Below, in pieces: positions 52,856 to 64,000 of a stretch of DNA of 64,000 bases. Numbering within the stretch: the first letter of the stretch is position 1; every line of letters starts with the position of its first letter. The notes beneath the pieces are model-generated. The model ran no database searches, had not been told where the DNA came from, and saw nothing but the letters and a program-made list of their open reading frames with translations. This DNA is from Octopus sinensis. Taxonomy: Eukaryota. The stretch spans positions 1,116,001 through 1,180,000 of the forward strand of contig NC_043023.1 of the NCBI RefSeq assembly GCF_006345805.1, written 5' to 3'. A program made the position numbers and the translations under genes.

Positions 52856-53421
52856 TTGGGTTGTCCGGAAAGTTTGTGCCGATTCAAAGTAGCTTACTTT
52901 TGACTTATTTTAGAACATGGTTGAGTTCCATAAAATAGGATTTGACTCCACCTCCATTTAGAGCACAGTTTAAGCTATCCTTTCGTGGAAGAAGGTTTAT
53001 GTTCCTATAACCTGTGTTAATTATGTAACCCTTTAAAATGGAAGATAAGAAAGTTCACTTTCGGCACTTGATGCTTTGGGAACCAGACAAAAATTGCTGC
53101 AGCTCGGCTGGGATGTGTTACCCCACCCTCCATATTCACCAGATATTGCTCCTTCGGATTTCCACTTATTCAGGTCTCTGCAGAATAGTCCTAATGGTAA
53201 AAATTTCTATTCCTTGGATGACGTAAAATGATACCTTGATGAATTCTTTGCCATGAAACCACCTCAATTCTGGGAAGAGGGTATTTTCGAGTTAAAGGAA
53301 AGATGGAGATGCATTGTGCAACAAAATGGCTCATATTTGGTTGATTAAAAATGTAAAGGCAAGTATTTATTGACCTTTTTCTTTCCTTTAAAAATCGGCA
53401 TGAACTTTCCGGACAACCCAA
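52856..53421 (+). mobile_element. Internally deleted mariner (Hsmar1/SETMAR-like transposase relic)
   Basis: TIRs ttgggttgtccggaaagtt.gtgccgatt at both ends with TA flanks. MEDKKVHFRHLMLWE is fused to RQKLLQLGWDVLPHPPYSPDIAPSDFHLFRSLQN...KERWRCIVQQNGSYLVD*. Confidence 0.95.
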
Positions 53422-54184
53422 TATATATATATATTGTGTACAGTTCTGTGATGGTAAGATCAACAAAAAAAAAAGTACATTCCATCTGGTGAGAGATAAA
53501 TATTGTTTAATAAACACAATATATGTATTTATGTGATGCTATTAGTTTCATGTTTTTATAACATGTCAGAAAGTATTTTTTAACATGTCTTGTGCCCCAG
53601 CACAATCATCAGGCACTGTCCACATTGCATAACAAACTACTTGCTTTTTCTTACTTTTTCTCTTATCCTATCATCCCATTTTTAGTTCCTTATGCCATGT
53701 GGGCAGTGTCTGATGACTGTGCTAGGACAACAAACACTGTCTGGCATGAAAGTAATAGATAGCGCATAAATACATATATTGTGTTTATTAAATAATACAT
53801 ATATATATTTCGTTTTTGGATTTGGCTTGCAAGATTCTTTATATGAGTTCTTGTGTTGAAGCATATTCTGTTGCGTCTGGGGAGAGTCATTTTCTTTTTG
53901 TGCCTTATAATGTAACTCACTCACCAGTAAAATTTCCACTTATTTCTTATTTTTATTTTCCTGTGAGTATGTTACATTAAAAGCACAAAAAGAAAATGAC
54001 TCTCCCCAGACACAACAGTATATAAATATATATTCTCCTGAACCCTGGAAATTATATATATATATATATGTATATATATGTATATATAACGGGAAGGTTT
54101 GCGAAAATAAACAAAAGACGAAGGTAGGTGGAGTACAAACAAACAATGTATTAGTATGGCACTCAGGAATATAAATAAAACAAG

Positions 54185-54222
54185 TCTTTTACGTTTCGAG
54201 CCTACGCTCTTCGACAGAAAGA
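54185..54222 (-). ncRNA. Hammerhead-like motif with CUGUCGA (A6U) core
   Basis: UCUUU CUGUCGA A GAGC-guag-GCUC GAAAC GUA^AAAGA. Perfect 5-bp stem I and 4-bp stem II. The host repeat spans about 54080-54260. Confidence 0.6.
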
Positions 54223-54291
54223 TACACAGAAAAGAAACAAGGAGAGAAAAAAATTGCGTGTAGGGGCGTTCTATATGTATATATATATATA

Positions 54292-54504
54292 TATGCTCAA
54301 AAGTTCCTGGCTTTAAGGGTACTGCGAAAGGCCTGATTGAGATCTAGCCTTCCGAGTTTTTTACAGGGCTCAGAAAAACTGAACGACTGCTGTAAAAATT
54401 GTGTGAATCTGAGAGGGGGATATGTTGAATAAAATCATAATTAATTGATCCTCTTGTATTTTCTTTTGCCCAAAGCCAGGAACTTTTCAGCAGCCCCTTG
54501 TATA
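54292..54504. mobile_element. Mariner-derived MITE
   Basis: TIR-like ends aaaagttcctggcttt and aaagccaggaactttt. It contains a transposase end (..CCKNCVNLRGGYVE*). Confidence 0.75.
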
Positions 54505-54966
54505 CTGATCAGACTAGAGATTTACCTCCCTCAAATGGGAAGTGAGTTTTTCTGTGGGGCGCTTACTGTTCTCACAGTCAAGACCTGCTGGCTGAAGTTA
54601 AGAAGGAAGACAGCCATGCTAAGGCCTCTTCTGATTATGTCAATCACAGTAGCATATTGGCCAGGAATTGACCGCTGCTAAGGCTTCAGGATAAGGGATA
54701 TACATGAAGAAAATCAGTAATGATTAGACTATCACTTTAGTAGATAGATTAATTAGTATAATTTTGCCTTGGAAATTCCATGTGGTCAACAAACTATAAA
54801 ATGGTAGGCTACAAATCTCCCATACAGCTTTTTTTTTGTATCATACATCAAAAGCATAAAAGAGATATATTTACTTTCTTATAATTCTCTCACAGCTAGG
54901 CTTTCTGATATTTAAATCTCTTTTGAGTCACTCAGATTCACACAGTGTTGTGCATACAAGTACATA

Positions 54967-55332
54967 TCTCTCTATATATAAAGCTGAAGTTGTCTGTGTA
55001 TGGCAGGTTTGGTAGCCTTCAACTAACAAGTTGACCAAAATTGAGAGTATGATAGAAGAAGGCTTGCTCTTTCTTCCGTAGAAGAAAAAATTCAAATCGG
55101 ACCATGTTAAGACCAAAAATTATTTACATCAAAAAGGTGCTTTTTTTTCTATGAAAATCCCTATTTTTTACAATTTTTTGACTGCTGTGTCACCATTTTT
55201 CGGTGTATCTCAACTAGAAAAACGTTCACTTAAAGAGAATAACAAGCTACATAATGCAAAATTTTTACTTTTCAAAAATTTCAATTCTAAAGGGTCGAAA
55301 CAAACCTGAGCAACGCTAGGCGATACTGCTAG
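54967..55332 (+). mobile_element. Non-autonomous Helitron
   Basis: A|TC..ctatatataaagctgaagttgtctgtgt 5' end; subterminal hairpin cctgagcaacgctagg (55305-55320); CTAG|T 3' end. Confidence 0.75.
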
Positions 55333-55354
55333 TTGTTTAAATAAATGACGAAAC

Positions 55355-55550
55355 ATGTCAGGCCCTGAGCAGAAATCTACAAAGGAGGTGGCACAGAGGT
55401 CAATTTACAAAAACTGGACATAGCATATATCAAGGCAGAGTGGAGAAAACAGAGATTCAACTGGAGCAAAGCAGGAACACAGCTCAGAGTTAAGAACAAT
55501 AGACATGGACCTATGATGGTCTATTCCCAATGAAGAGCAAACAGCTTAAG
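55355..55550 (+). mobile_element. Possible degenerate RTE 3' remnant
   Basis: RP*AEIYKGGGTEVNLQKLDIAYIKAEWR loosely resembles the RTE C-terminus; heavily decayed. Confidence 0.35.
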
Positions 55551-55816
55551 CAAAAATCATCATGAATTAACCTTTTGGTTACAATATTTCTAACCAAAAT
55601 ACATGTCTTATGTGTTTCAATTAAATTGTAAAATAATCATGAATTTAGACTGGTTTCATGAAACAACTCAAACTTTTTTTATTTATCAACATATTAATGT
55701 CATTTTTGGACATAATATTACAAAAGTCTCTTAACCAAATTTTTTTCATAGTTTTGGTCTCAAAGTGAATCGAATTACAGGTAAATTCAACAAAATATCA
55801 AATTGTATACATACAC

Positions 55817-55848
<32 letters not shown>

Positions 55849-55868
55849 CATACACACACATTAATGTT

Positions 55869-55920
<52 letters not shown>

Positions 55921-55924
<4 letters not shown>

Positions 55925-56161
55925 TTTGATCACCTTGACCGACCAGTCTGTCAGGCGTCCATTTGACACCGCTGGTCACAGCACGCTGTCCACTCCTCTC
56001 TGGATCCCACCTTTCTCATCCACGTGATCCCAATCGTCCTCCTGAAATCGCAACTCCACCGTCGTGGAGGTCTTCCGGGTGGTCTTTTCCGCTCACACGG
56101 GTACCACTCGACAACTGCGTGCGTCCACCGATTATCGGTGAGCCGGGCGACGTGTCCAGCC
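55921..56161 (-). mobile_element. RTE-clade LINE 3' fragment (ORF2 C-terminus plus short tail)
   Basis: WAGHVARLTDNRWTHAVVEWYPCERKRPPGRPPRRW...W matches the RTE W.GHV.R...W.P...KR..GRP..RW motif. It is 5'-truncated and flanked by (TA)n. Confidence 0.9.
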
Positions 56162-56212
56162 CATATATATATATATATATAAAATAATATGTTACAATTA
56201 TTCAATAGTCAA

Positions 56213-56269
56213 GATAAAACTCTGAGTTTCAGATGGCGAAGTGGAAACAACACCATCTCTTCGGTTATC
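56213..56269 (-). ncRNA. Hammerhead-like motif (CCGAAGA core) inside a perfect inverted repeat
   Basis: AGAUAA CCGAAGA GAUGG-16nt-CCAUC U GAAAC UCAGA GUU^UUAUCU. Stem I is 6 bp, stem II is 5 bp. Confidence 0.6.
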
Positions 56270-56581
56270 TGGCCATCTGAAACTCAGAGTTTTATCTTGA
56301 CTATTGAATAATTGTAACATATTATTTTATAGATAAATTTCCTCTATTTACATAATATTGACGTCTCTTTCTTTCTTTTGTTATCTTACCGTTTTTACCA
56401 ATATATATATATAAATGTTTGTTGTAATATTCAGTTACAAAAAAAGACGATTTTACATTAACCTGATGGGTTACTCTATACATTATAGAGTATTATTGTT
56501 GTTGACAATCGCATGATGGTGTCTTAGCTAGTTGAATTTTCTAAGTCACTGTTGACAATATCCTTATCTAATAATAATAAT

Positions 56582-56622
<41 letters not shown>

Positions 56623-56959
56623 ACACACACACATATACACACAATATTGCTAAAATTGTTCAGCTTCTGAAATTTCTTCAAACAATGTTGGAAATCTCAA
56701 ACTCTCTGTCTTCACTCTTTGTTTATGTATCGCATAATTATTTTCCCTTCTGCAGAAATTACTCCAAAGAAAAATGATAAAAAAAAAGAAAAAATAACCA
56801 AATGCTTGTTGCTCAATCTGATCAAAGAAGCTTTTGGCCACCCTGTTCTTCCCTCCAGCAGATAAGGGGCCACCACAGAGCCCACAATTGTTACAAGGAA
56901 ACTGCAAGGGCCACAATAGCCATTTAGAAAAAATCTATTCAGATTTTTGAAAAAACAAT

Positions 56960-57760
56960 GAGCCCTAGCTACATAAAACAGAATAAGTCACTTTGAAATG
57001 CGCAATGGTTAATCCAAAACAGTATCTGTTTCTTTAAAAAACTGTTACGACAAATTAGTAGTTTAGAAAACAGCAACAACTGCTTAAAGTCTGCTTTAGC
57101 AAATTTAGAAATAAAAAGGAAAAAAGGAACAACTCTGAAAATTAAAAAAAAACCAGAAAAAATTGCTTCAAAACCATTTGAATAAAATTGGGAAAAACCT
57201 AGCAACGATAATTATAAAATTGTTTTAACATGTTTGAATTTGGAAAAGAGAAAAAAAGGCTGTTTAAAAACTTTTTTTAGTAAATTTGAATAAATAGGGA
57301 AAAGATGCTAAAAAATTGTAATAATGAATTTGAAAGTCATACAGAAAAACAGTAAAAACTGTTTAAAAATGAAAAAGAAACAATAATGATGGCTTCAAAA
57401 CTGTTTTAGTAAATTTGAAAATTAAAAAAAACAGCAATAACTGCTGAGAAACTGCTATTACAAAATTAGAAGGGGAATATGGTAAAACAATAATTTCCTA
57501 AAAACAGTTATGCCAAAAATTGAAAATTGAAAAACAGCAATAACTGCTGAGAAACTGTTATTACAAAATTAGAGGTGAATATGGTAAAACAACAATGATT
57601 TTCTGAAAACAGTTATGCAAAATTTGAAAATAAAGAAAAACAGCAATAGTTACTTAAAAACTTTTATAGAAAATTGATAGTGATAATGGAAAAACAGAAA
57701 TTTCTTAAAAATTGTTACAGTAAATCTCTACAACTGTTAAAAATCAGCTATAGTTACGAA
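56960..57760. repeat. Degenerate A-rich tandem repeat (about 104-bp period)
   Basis: aaaacagcaata recurs near 57428, 57531 and 57637, with looser units on either side. Confidence 0.7.
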
Positions 57761-58029
57761 TATAATAACTGGCAATAGCAGCAACAGATCCTGGAAAAAA
57801 AACTGCTAACCCCTCCCAAGAAGCATTATCAAAAATGAAAATAGTTACAGGAAATGTATGATAACAATGCGCAGCAGAATTTTAATTACGTCTTTGGTCA
57901 GTAAATGTTATTTCCTCTTGGCTTCTCATATCTAGAAATCAAAGGAAGTGACTACTATTCCCTTCAAACTTTGCTTTTGTCACCTGGACAAAATGGTTTG
58001 AAACTGACCTATTTTCTATTACGGGATCA

Positions 58030-58416
58030 CTGCCAGAGCAGCTGTCTGCCTTCCGTGCCGGTGGCATGTAAAAAGCACCATTTGAGCATGATCGTTACCT
58101 GCGTCGCCTTACTGGCACATGAACAAAACATTCGAGCGAGGTCGTTACCAGTGCTGCTGGACTGACTCCTGTGCAGGTGGCACCTAAAAAACACCATTTC
58201 AAGCATGGCTGTTGCCAGTACCGCCAGACTGGCCCTCGTGTAAAAGCACCCACTACACTCTCAGAGTGGTTGGCGTTAGGAAGGGCAACCAGCTGTAGAA
58301 ACTCTGCCAGATCAGACTGGGCCTGGTGCAGCCTTCTGGCTTCACAGACCCCAGTTGAACCGTCCAACCCATGCTAGCATGGAAAGTGGACATTAAATGA
58401 TGATGATGATGATGAT
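58030..58416 (+). mobile_element. RTE 3'-UTR fragment with several internal modules
   Basis: Repeated gtaaaaagcacca..gagcatg..cgttacc modules, then the shared core and (GAT)n tail. Confidence 0.85.
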
Positions 58417-58712
58417 TTCAGACAAATTCAGCAATGAGTTGTTAAAGAAGTTTTTCAAAGTTTTTCAAAGTTTCAAGAATTTCTAGAGCATTCTAGCAAC
58501 ATAGATGGCAGTATAAATACAGGGATTGTAAGCTCAACAGCTCAGTTCACTTCTAAGCAACCCAAGTGGGGACAAATTCGAGGAAAGCAAAGTCAGAAGG
58601 AAATATTAACCAATTTCCATACTTTCTTGGAGTAAGCAAGTAGGAAATAACATTTGCTACCCAAGAACAAAAAGCATGATACACAGTTTAATAACATAGA
58701 TAAAACACTTAC

Positions 58713-58831
58713 CTCATATGCACCTGGGCCAGGTACATCATTAAAGATTGCAGGCTGGAAACGTTCAGATTTTCCCAAAGATTGCTTCTGGGATAGAGTT
58801 ATATTTGACTTGATGTCATAGCTTCCAGGGC
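58713..58831 (-). CDS. Internal exon of a sperm-tail PG-rich repeat (STPG/ODF3/SHIPPO-repeat family) gene
   Basis: Minus strand reads ttttcttag|GC CCT GGA AGC TAT ... GCA TAT GAG|gtaagt. Translation (G)PGSYDIKSNITLSQKQSLGKSERFQPAIFNDVPGPGAYE has two PG(P/S)GxY-type repeats with a GKSERF motif between them. Canonical acceptor (phase 1) and donor (phase 0). The paralog cannot be assigned. Confidence 0.85.
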
Positions 58832-59870
58832 CTAAGAAAATAAGCAAAGTAGAAACATATCATCATAGATAGATAGATAAATGTATGTAGATGTCTTTCA
58901 TCTTTTACTTGTTTTAATCATTAGACTGCGGCCATGCTGGGGCAATGCCACGAAGCATTTTAGTTGAATGAATCAATTCTTTTTATTCTTTCATTCTTTT
59001 ACTCATTTTAGTCATTTGACTGTGGCCATGCTGGGTTTTTGGACTTATTCTTTGTAAGCCTAGTACTTATTCTATCAGTGTCTTTTGCTGAACTACTAAG
59101 TTACAGGGATGTAAACATGCCAACACCGGTTGTGAAGCACTGATGAAGGAATAAACACAGACACAAAGACATACACATACATATATACGATGGGCTACTT
59201 TCAGTTTCTGTCTACTAAATCCACTCACATGGCTTTGGTCAGCCTGAGGCTATAATAGACATTTGCCTATGATGCCATGCAGTGGGACTGAACCCCGAAT
59301 CATGTGGTTAGGAAGCAAGATTCTTACCACACAGGCATATATATATATATATATATATATATACTCTTTTACTTGTTTCAGTAATTTGACTGTGGCCACG
59401 TTGGAGCACCGCCTTTAGTCAAGCAAATCGGCCCTAGGACTTATTCTTTGTAAGCCTAGTACTTATTCTATCGACCTCTTTTGGCAAACCGCTAAGTTAC
59501 TGGGACGTAAACATACCAGCATCGGTTGTCAAGCGATGTTGGGGGACAAACACAGACACACAAACATATACACATACATATATATATATATACAAAATCC
59601 ACTCACAAGGCTTTGGTCAGCCCGAGGCTATAGTAGAAGATACTTGCCCAAGGTCCCACACAGTGGGACTGAACCCAGAACCATGTGATTCGTAAGCAAG
59701 CTACTTACCACACAGCCACTCCTATGACTATATATATATACACACATACACATATATGCTCATGTATACACACATATATATACATATATTCATATGTGTA
59801 AGAATATACATACATACATATATACACACATACACACACACATATATATATATGCACGTGTATATATGTA

Positions 59871-59913
<43 letters not shown>

Positions 59914-60938
59914 AATTCCAGACCCTCATGCAAACACACACCCACACAGACAAGAAACTAACCCCAAAACATAAGTAAAAGATTTAGTTGTGAGGACGCA
60001 AAAGAAAATTCACAACCGAAAGGTCAGAGGTCAGTGCTATTCACCAAATATGGTAGTTTAGCTGGAATGAAAGGAAGAATAAAAGAGAAAGGATCGGATA
60101 ACAAATAGTTTATTAATTGGCTTATCAAAGACAATTAGGGTCAAACTAGTGCTGTTAGGGCATGTATGTACACAAATACACCAGACATACAACACATATA
60201 TATATATATATATATGTATGTATATGCATGTGTGTGTGTGTGTATATAAATTGTATAAAGGATTGTGGTAAAGCCAGACAATGCAAAGTAAATGCAAGGC
60301 AAATCACAAGAAAACAAATATATGAATTAATGTATATGGCAGTGCCCCAGCATGGCCACAGCCTCAAGGCTGAAACATATAAAAGAATAATAGATATATA
60401 TAAGTGTGTGTTTGTATATATATATTTTTTACTCTTTTACTTGTTTCAGTCATTTGACTGCGGCCATGCTGGAGCACCGCCTTTAATCAAGCAACCTGAC
60501 CCTGGGACTTATTCTTTTGTAAGCCCAGTACTTATTCTATCGGTCTCTTTTGCCGAACCGCTAAGAACGGGGACATAAACACACCAGCATCGGTTGTCAA
60601 GCAATGCTAGGGGAACAAACACAGACACACAAACACACACACGCATATATATACATATATACGACGGGCTTCTTTCAGTTTCAATCTACCAAATCCACTC
60701 ACATGGCTTTGGTCGGCCTGAGGCTATAGTAGAAGACACTTGCCCAAGGTGCCATGCAGTGGGACTGAACCCGGAACCATGTGGTTGGTAAAGAAGCTAC
60801 TTACCACACAGCCACTCCTGCACCTATATATATATATATATACACACACATATTTTCACACACACACTAGTGATAAACTATACACATTCTAATTCAGTTG
60901 CATCGATCCATACATACAAACATACGTGTGTGTGTGTG

Positions 60939-60979
<41 letters not shown>

Positions 60980-61498
60980 ATAGGCATAAGAGTGGTTGTG
61001 TGGTAAGAAGGTTGCTTCCCAACCGCATGGTTCTGGGTTCAGTTCCAATCTGTGGCATCTTGGGCAAATGTCTTCTATTATAGCCTCGGGCTGACCGAAA
61101 CTGTGCGAGGTGCATACATATATGCACACACATACGCGGATAAACCTGTATAATAGGTATAAACTCATATGTATCCAAAACTGGTCACAGCATAACAAAT
61201 CTGGATTAATGAGAGCATTACTTTGACGAGGTCATCAATAACAGTGAAAGGAATATGATGAACCAGATGGGAGACTGATTGATTGATTAATCAGCTAATC
61301 AATTAGTTAATTGGTTAATTAGTAAAATAGTTGACTAATAATAAAAACAATTGAAACAGAATCTGTGCTTGTGTTTCTTTCTGGCAAAGCAGCCATGTCA
61401 ACATAAAACATCTGTTTCAACAATTTAACATACAATTTCACATAATGAATCTTGTAAAATCAATTCAAAAGTTATATATATGTGTACATGCATACGTG

Positions 61499-61530
<32 letters not shown>

Positions 61531-61634
61531 CCGGAGTAAACACATAAATGTGAAACAAGGTGGAAAAAAGAGTACTCAAATACCAAGGATAGAGTAATAT
61601 GCTTTATTTAAAAGCAGCAGAAATTCAATAAAAC

Positions 61635-61672
61635 CTGTTACTCGGAGTTTCACGTTCCCGTTCGTCGGACAG
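61635..61672 (-). ncRNA. Hammerhead-like motif (CCGACGA core)
   Basis: CUGU CCGACGA ACG-ggaa-CGU GAAAC UCCGA GUA^ACAG. The host repeat spans about 61530-61690. Confidence 0.6.
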
Positions 61673-61983
61673 TTTTGTTAAATAAAGTATATATATATAT
61701 ATATATAAATGTTTTGTGTAATAAGATAAAAAACCAAGGCTGTATAGATATAGAGCATTTATAGATAGATAGTTGTAAGACCTTCTATCTATAAATGCTC
61801 TGATATCTATACAGCCTTGGTGTTTTATCTTACTACGCAAAAAATTCTTATATACACACGCTGATATAGAACCAATGTTGAATCCTTTATTCACAATATT
61901 ACCGAATCTGGAACTTAACTATGGTCTGTCTATAGCACTTATTCAGCATTACCTGACACCTTTGGGTCTCAATGACACCATTA

Positions 61984-62021
<38 letters not shown>

Positions 62022-63249
62022 GAAATATGTTACAAAAAGAAAATAGAAACTACAGGCGGAAATGTATAAGAAGAGAAATAAGCGAAAATGCACATTGGAA
62101 ATCAAAAAAAGTAGAGGCTTTTATGAAAAGTAACGATAGATATATATAATTAGATAAACTGAGGTAGGAGTAAAAGTAATAAAAGTCATTATTGTGAATT
62201 GTTAAAGAGATTCAAAAGCATACTGGTTTCGTGAATTTACTAATCATTACTTTGAATGCACACAAATTAATGAATGGTGTCAGGTCTGCTAGTCCCTTAG
62301 TAAAATGATTACATGTAAAGGAGGTAAGTAGTTCTGGATTTGGTGCAATTAGGGTAGATATAGATGTGTAATGTGAACGGTGTATGGGATTTAAGTGGGT
62401 TAGTGGTATTAATTGAAAGGTTAGTAGTGTTCTGTATTATGTTATGTGTTCATATTGAGTTGTGGAAGATATTTATTGATGAAAGTTGCCTTGAGGATAT
62501 ATTGTCTACAATAATATTAAGTGGTATAGCATGCATAAATAACGATCAAGAAATAAAATGATTAATTAATAATCAAGTGGCACCAGTATGCTGAAAATAG
62601 CAGCCAGAAGATGAGTAGAACCACAAATTTCCACTGATACAAATTAATTGAAATCAGGGGAATGAACAGAAATTCTAAGCCCCCATACCAATAATGAAAA
62701 GAATAGCAATTTGAAAACCAGACATACCCGTATTTTCACAATTTCAAATTTTGTGAAAATTCCACTTAGTTATCCTCAGCGATTCTTACTGATCCATGGG
62801 TCATAGAAACTGCCCATCTCAACAAAGTGTGCAATGACCATTTTTAATGCCAACCTTTGGGTCAGTAAAACTCACTGATGAGAACTAAGTGACATTTTCA
62901 CAAAGTTTGAAATTGTGACAATACGGGTATGTCTGGTTTTTCAATTTGTTATTCTTTTCATTATCTGTATGAGGGCTTAGAATTTCTGTTCATTCCCCCG
63001 ATTTCAATGAATGTGCATCAATGAAAATTTATGTTGTAGACATCTTCTGGCAGCTATTTTCAGCATACTGGTGCCACTTGCTAAATCCATTTTCCATTTC
63101 CCCTCAATCATTACAAATCTCAAAAACTGTGAAATTCCTCATGTAGATCTAGTGACAATTATATCATTACTGTGGATGACATCAGGTAGCCTAAACGGTG
63201 AAAGTGCTTTAATCAGCATACTACTAAGCATATACCCAAGGTCCAAATA

Positions 63250-63557
63250 ATTTGTTGTTGTTGTTGTCTGTTCCTTCTCCAGCCACGCCTGGCTCATAGG
63301 GCTGGTTTCCTGGTTTCCTTGGCGTATAGGTTCCCCACCTGGACGGGACGCTGGTCCGTCACAGGTGAGCTGCAAGATGCAGGAGAAAAGAGTGAGAGAA
63401 AGTTGTGGCGAAAGAGTCAGCAGAAGTTCGTCATTACCTTCAACTGGAGTCGCGTGGAGCTTAGGTGTTTTGCTCATAAACACACATCGCCCAGTCTGAG
63501 ATTCGAACCAGTGATCCCTCAACCATGAGTTTGCTGCTCTAACCACTAGGCCATGTA
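63250..63557 (-). mobile_element. V-domain-like tRNA SINE with (CAA)n tail
   Basis: TGGCCTAGTGG A-box, GGTTCGAATC B-box, and tgtgacggaccagcgtcccgtccagg resembling the V-SINE domain. Confidence 0.7.
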
Positions 63558-64000
63558 GGTATGTATGTATTTATATCCAAAATTCTATACAGGTGAGTAG
63601 TGGCTAGTGGATTTCCCCTTGTTTGGATAATTATTACTTCTGAGGTTTCGATAGCTATGAAACATATATAGCTTGGATTTTTTTGCTCCATTCCTTAATT
63701 TTAGATTTTTATTCACACACACACACACACACACCAATCCCATCTGCTAATTGAGAACTATAAAGTAACTATTTTCAGCTTATCGGACTTCAATATGGGA
63801 AAAATTTACAAGCTTCTATCTCAATAAACCACTACTGGTCCTGCTGCATGTTGTTGTTATACCTTCTACGGACTGCTTGAAGCTTATTTACTTCCTACAC
63901 CTCGATCCTTGAAGCTTACATTTACATATACATGTGTGTGTGTATATGTTTGTGTATGTATGAGTGTAAATAGTGGGATTTACAAAAAAACAAAAGACGA

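Noticed and set aside
53686-53751. Plus-strand exon candidate after a strong polypyrimidine tract
   Set aside because: Weak donor (GTAATA), no recognisable peptide and no partner exons.

Overview
AT-rich, repeat-saturated animal genomic DNA, most likely from an octopod (inferred from the SINE families and microsatellite load; not database-checked). About 95% of the ORF track is microsatellite or SINE noise. The only convincing host coding sequence is one minus-strand 119-nt exon (58713-58831) with two PGPGxY-type repeats (STPG/ODF3 family). The rest is roughly 25 copies of a tRNA-headed SINE plus three other SINE families, 3' fragments of RTE and CR1 LINEs, Penelope-like element (PLE) remnants including a decayed GIY-YIG endonuclease, mariner deletion derivatives, hAT and Tigger-like MITEs, a Helitron, minisatellites and very long microsatellites. 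The most notable unannotated signal is eight minimal type-I hammerhead-ribozyme-like motifs from about six unrelated repeat families. Three have a CCGA core and one a CUGU core. Several sit in inverted repeats, and one family lies behind a tRNA-like Pol III head. No ribozyme activity can be shown from sequence alone.
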